Source: a virus
Taxonomy: Duplodnaviria > Heunggongvirae > Uroviricota > Caudoviricetes
Virus record (IMG/VR): IMGVR_UViG_2778261058_000010
Span: 1-7,848 of that record
Reading direction: 5' to 3' (one strand)
DNA: 7,848 nt
Shown here: piece by piece, positions 6,795 to 7,848 of the stretch
Layout of the letters: every line of letters begins with the position of its first letter
Position numbering within the stretch: the stretch's first letter is position 1
Position numbers and translations under genes: made by a program
Notes under the pieces: model-generated
What the model was told of the DNA's origin: nothing
What the model saw: only the letters and a program-made list of their open reading frames with translations
Database searches by the model: none

Positions 6795-6947
6795 TCAACT
6801 TTTTTTCAACTCTATATCGCAAGCACGCCGTAATATATCGCCTTCATTGCTTCCGCAAAGATTCTTTTTCTCGAAGCATGATTTTAAGATAAAGGCGGCG
6901 ACAATTAGAACAATCGCACAGAGTGCACAATTTTTAAGTTTTGGCAT
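6795..6947 (-). CDS. small membrane peptide (50 aa), single transmembrane segment, Cys-rich; not in ORF track
   Basis: Hand-translated from the minus strand: ATG (plus 6945-6947) is 6 nt after AGGAG (plus 6954-6958). Product MPKLKNCALCAIVLIVAAFILKSCFEKKNLCGSNEGDILRRACDIELKKS; stop TGA (plus 6795-6797). Second gene of the minus-strand pair. Confidence 0.4.
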   Translation of the reverse strand: MPKLKNCALCAIVLIVAAFILKSCFEKKNLCGSNEGDILRRACDIELKKS

Positions 6948-7001
6948 CTTTTACTCCTATGGTTGCCGCCGTGATTCCTCACACCACGGCGCTGATAGTA
7001 A

Positions 7002-7181
7002 TTATTCTGATTCTTTGGCCTTGCGGCGCTGGCGGCGTTTGATCTCGCCACGCATGGCTGTAACGATAAACTGCGCGTCTGTTTCGTTTTCCTCTTTGAC
7101 AAAATTCATTTCGCTTAAAACTTCTAGAGGGATTCTAGCCGTTTTTTGTTGTGATTTGTTGTTGGTTGTACCCGTTGGCAT
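7002..7181 (-). CDS. small putative DNA-binding protein (59 aa), possibly ribbon-helix-helix-like
   Basis: Internal ATG of ORF 7002..7349 (plus 7179-7181) is preceded by a perfect AAGGAGG (plus 7189-7195) with a 6-nt spacer. Product MPTGTTNNKSQQKTARIPLEVLSEMNFVKEENETDAQFIVTAMRGEIKRRQRRKAKESE. The strand/helix-like pattern and basic tail suggest a small regulator; fold assignment is inference. Confidence 0.5.
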   Translation of the reverse strand: MPTGTTNNKSQQKTARIPLEVLSEMNFVKEENETDAQFIVTAMRGEIKRRQRRKAKESE

Positions 7182-7247
7182 TACTGGCCTCCTTACTGTT
7201 AGGTGGCGTTCAGTATACGTAGAAAAAAAAATAAAAAAAGGCTTGAA

Positions 7248-7293
7248 GTGCAAGTCACCTAAAAGTAGCATAACCCTCAAAGGTGACTTGCAC
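7248..7293 (+). promoter_or_regulatory. 13-bp perfect inverted repeat with 20-nt loop; candidate operator or structured leader RNA
   Basis: gtgcaagtcacct (7248-7260) is the exact reverse complement of aggtgacttgcac (7281-7293). Preceded by A9-T-A7 (7222-7238) and followed by a second imperfect hairpin (7305-7337). Sits between the divergent minus-strand pair and the Icd-like gene. Confidence 0.4.
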
Positions 7294-7374
7294 CTTAAAG
7301 ACAAAGCCCCGCAAGTGTCGTTACCACTCGCAGGGCTTCTAACCACCAACGATAACGAGAGTATCGAGGTAGCT

Positions 7375-7581
7375 ATGAGAAATCATACCACACACCCGCA
7401 AGGGCGGGACTCGCACAACCTGAATAAATATATCTGGCGTTTTATCGCTCTGAGCACGGCACAACCGCGCGTGATTACCATTGAGGCCACCAGCGAACAG
7501 GAAGCACGCCAGCAATCTCCTGATGGCTGTGTGATGGTATTCGCCGCCCGTATTCGCCAGGGGGTGCACCATGTGCAATAA
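7375..7581 (+). CDS. Icd-like (host cell division inhibitor-like) small protein
   Basis: ATG at 7375 inside the spurious long ORF 6496..7581; GAGG at 7366-7369 with a 5-nt spacer. The 68-aa product (MRNHTTHPQGR...VITIEATSEQEARQQSPDGCVMVFAARIRQ) resembles Icd-like proteins of P4-like elements as I remember them. Confidence 0.5.
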   Translation: MRNHTTHPQGRDSHNLNKYIWRFIALSTAQPRVITIEATSEQEARQQSPDGCVMVFAARIRQGVHHVQ

Positions 7582-7831
7582 CCCACGTCCGGACGCAGCA
7601 GCCGCCGCGCTCACTACGCTGATGCACGCGCTGATTGATATTTCATGCACGGCAGCAAACGTAGAAAAACACATTGCCAGAGAGACGGAATATGCTGGGG
7701 CTTTAGTTCCTCATTCACTGGCTGTTATGCAACTTAGTGCTGATATGGCACTGAATGAGGCCAAAGCCATCCTGATTGCTGATTGTGAAAATGGGGGGGG
7801 GTTATGCGTGATGATCGTTTTAATGCCCTGA
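7571..7831 (+). CDS. hypothetical protein (86 aa); reading frame depends on the G9 tract
   Basis: ATG at 7571 overlaps the Icd-like stop (ATGTGCAATAA). The frame ends shortly after the G9 run at 7793-7801. One extra G would fuse it to the downstream ORF. Confidence 0.3.
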   Translation: MCNNPRPDAAAAALTTLMHALIDISCTAANVEKHIARETEYAGALVPHSLAVMQLSADMALNEAKAILIADCENGGGLCVMIVLMP

Positions 7832-7848
7832 AACAGGAATTTGATGGC
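7804..7848 (+). CDS. hypothetical protein, 3'-partial (runs off the window)
   Basis: ATG at 7804 immediately after the G9 tract, which could serve as a Shine-Dalgarno sequence. Translation MRDDRFNALKQEFDG... is open to the window end. Confidence 0.3.
   Translation, partial: MRDDRFNALKQEFDG

Noticed and set aside
6795-6947. Assigning the 50-aa peptide to the Hok/Gef family
   Set aside because: Only the overall architecture is similar; the conserved Hok/Gef residues as I recall them are not clearly present and no mok/sok-like antisense arrangement is visible.
6496-7581. 361-aa plus-strand ORF in the six-frame track
   Set aside because: It runs across two minus-strand terminators, two minus-strand genes with strong ribosome-binding sites and the palindromic leader, and the translation is low-complexity. 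Only its last 68 codons (7375-7581, the Icd-like gene) look real.
7339-7674. Minus-strand ORFs 7339-7674 and 7383-7586
   Set aside because: Antisense to the Icd-like gene, which has a good ribosome-binding site and a recognisable product.
1-7848. CRISPR arrays, rRNA genes, IS elements or transposase genes
   Set aside because: No regularly spaced short repeats, no rRNA-like sequence and no transposase-like ORF or terminal inverted repeats were seen.

Overview
The window is a mosaic of two mobile-element modules, most likely from an enterobacterial chromosome. Positions 1-3768 carry the late region of a cos-type tailed prophage: a putative holin, an M15-peptidase endolysin, several small ORFs, an HNH endonuclease, a P27-family small terminase and a large terminase. 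The large terminase loses its expected sequence after about codon 344 (around 3766-3770), where the DNA becomes visibly AT-rich. Immediately downstream is a P4-type tyrosine integrase translationally coupled to an AlpA-family regulator, then a second AlpA-like gene, a Bro-N antirepressor-like gene, a convergent minus-strand two-gene module with tandem intrinsic terminators, and an Icd-like small gene. No tRNA, rRNA, CRISPR array or IS element was recognised. All calls are from reading the sequence and ORF track by eye; no database search or computation was run, so family assignments rest on remembered motifs. The most interesting signals are the terminase/integrase junction, a 48-bp imperfect direct repeat (20-bp exact core) present once in each module, an unannotated 50-aa membrane peptide paired with a small putative DNA-binding protein, a palindromic hairpin upstream of the Icd-like gene, and a G9 tract separating two ORFs.
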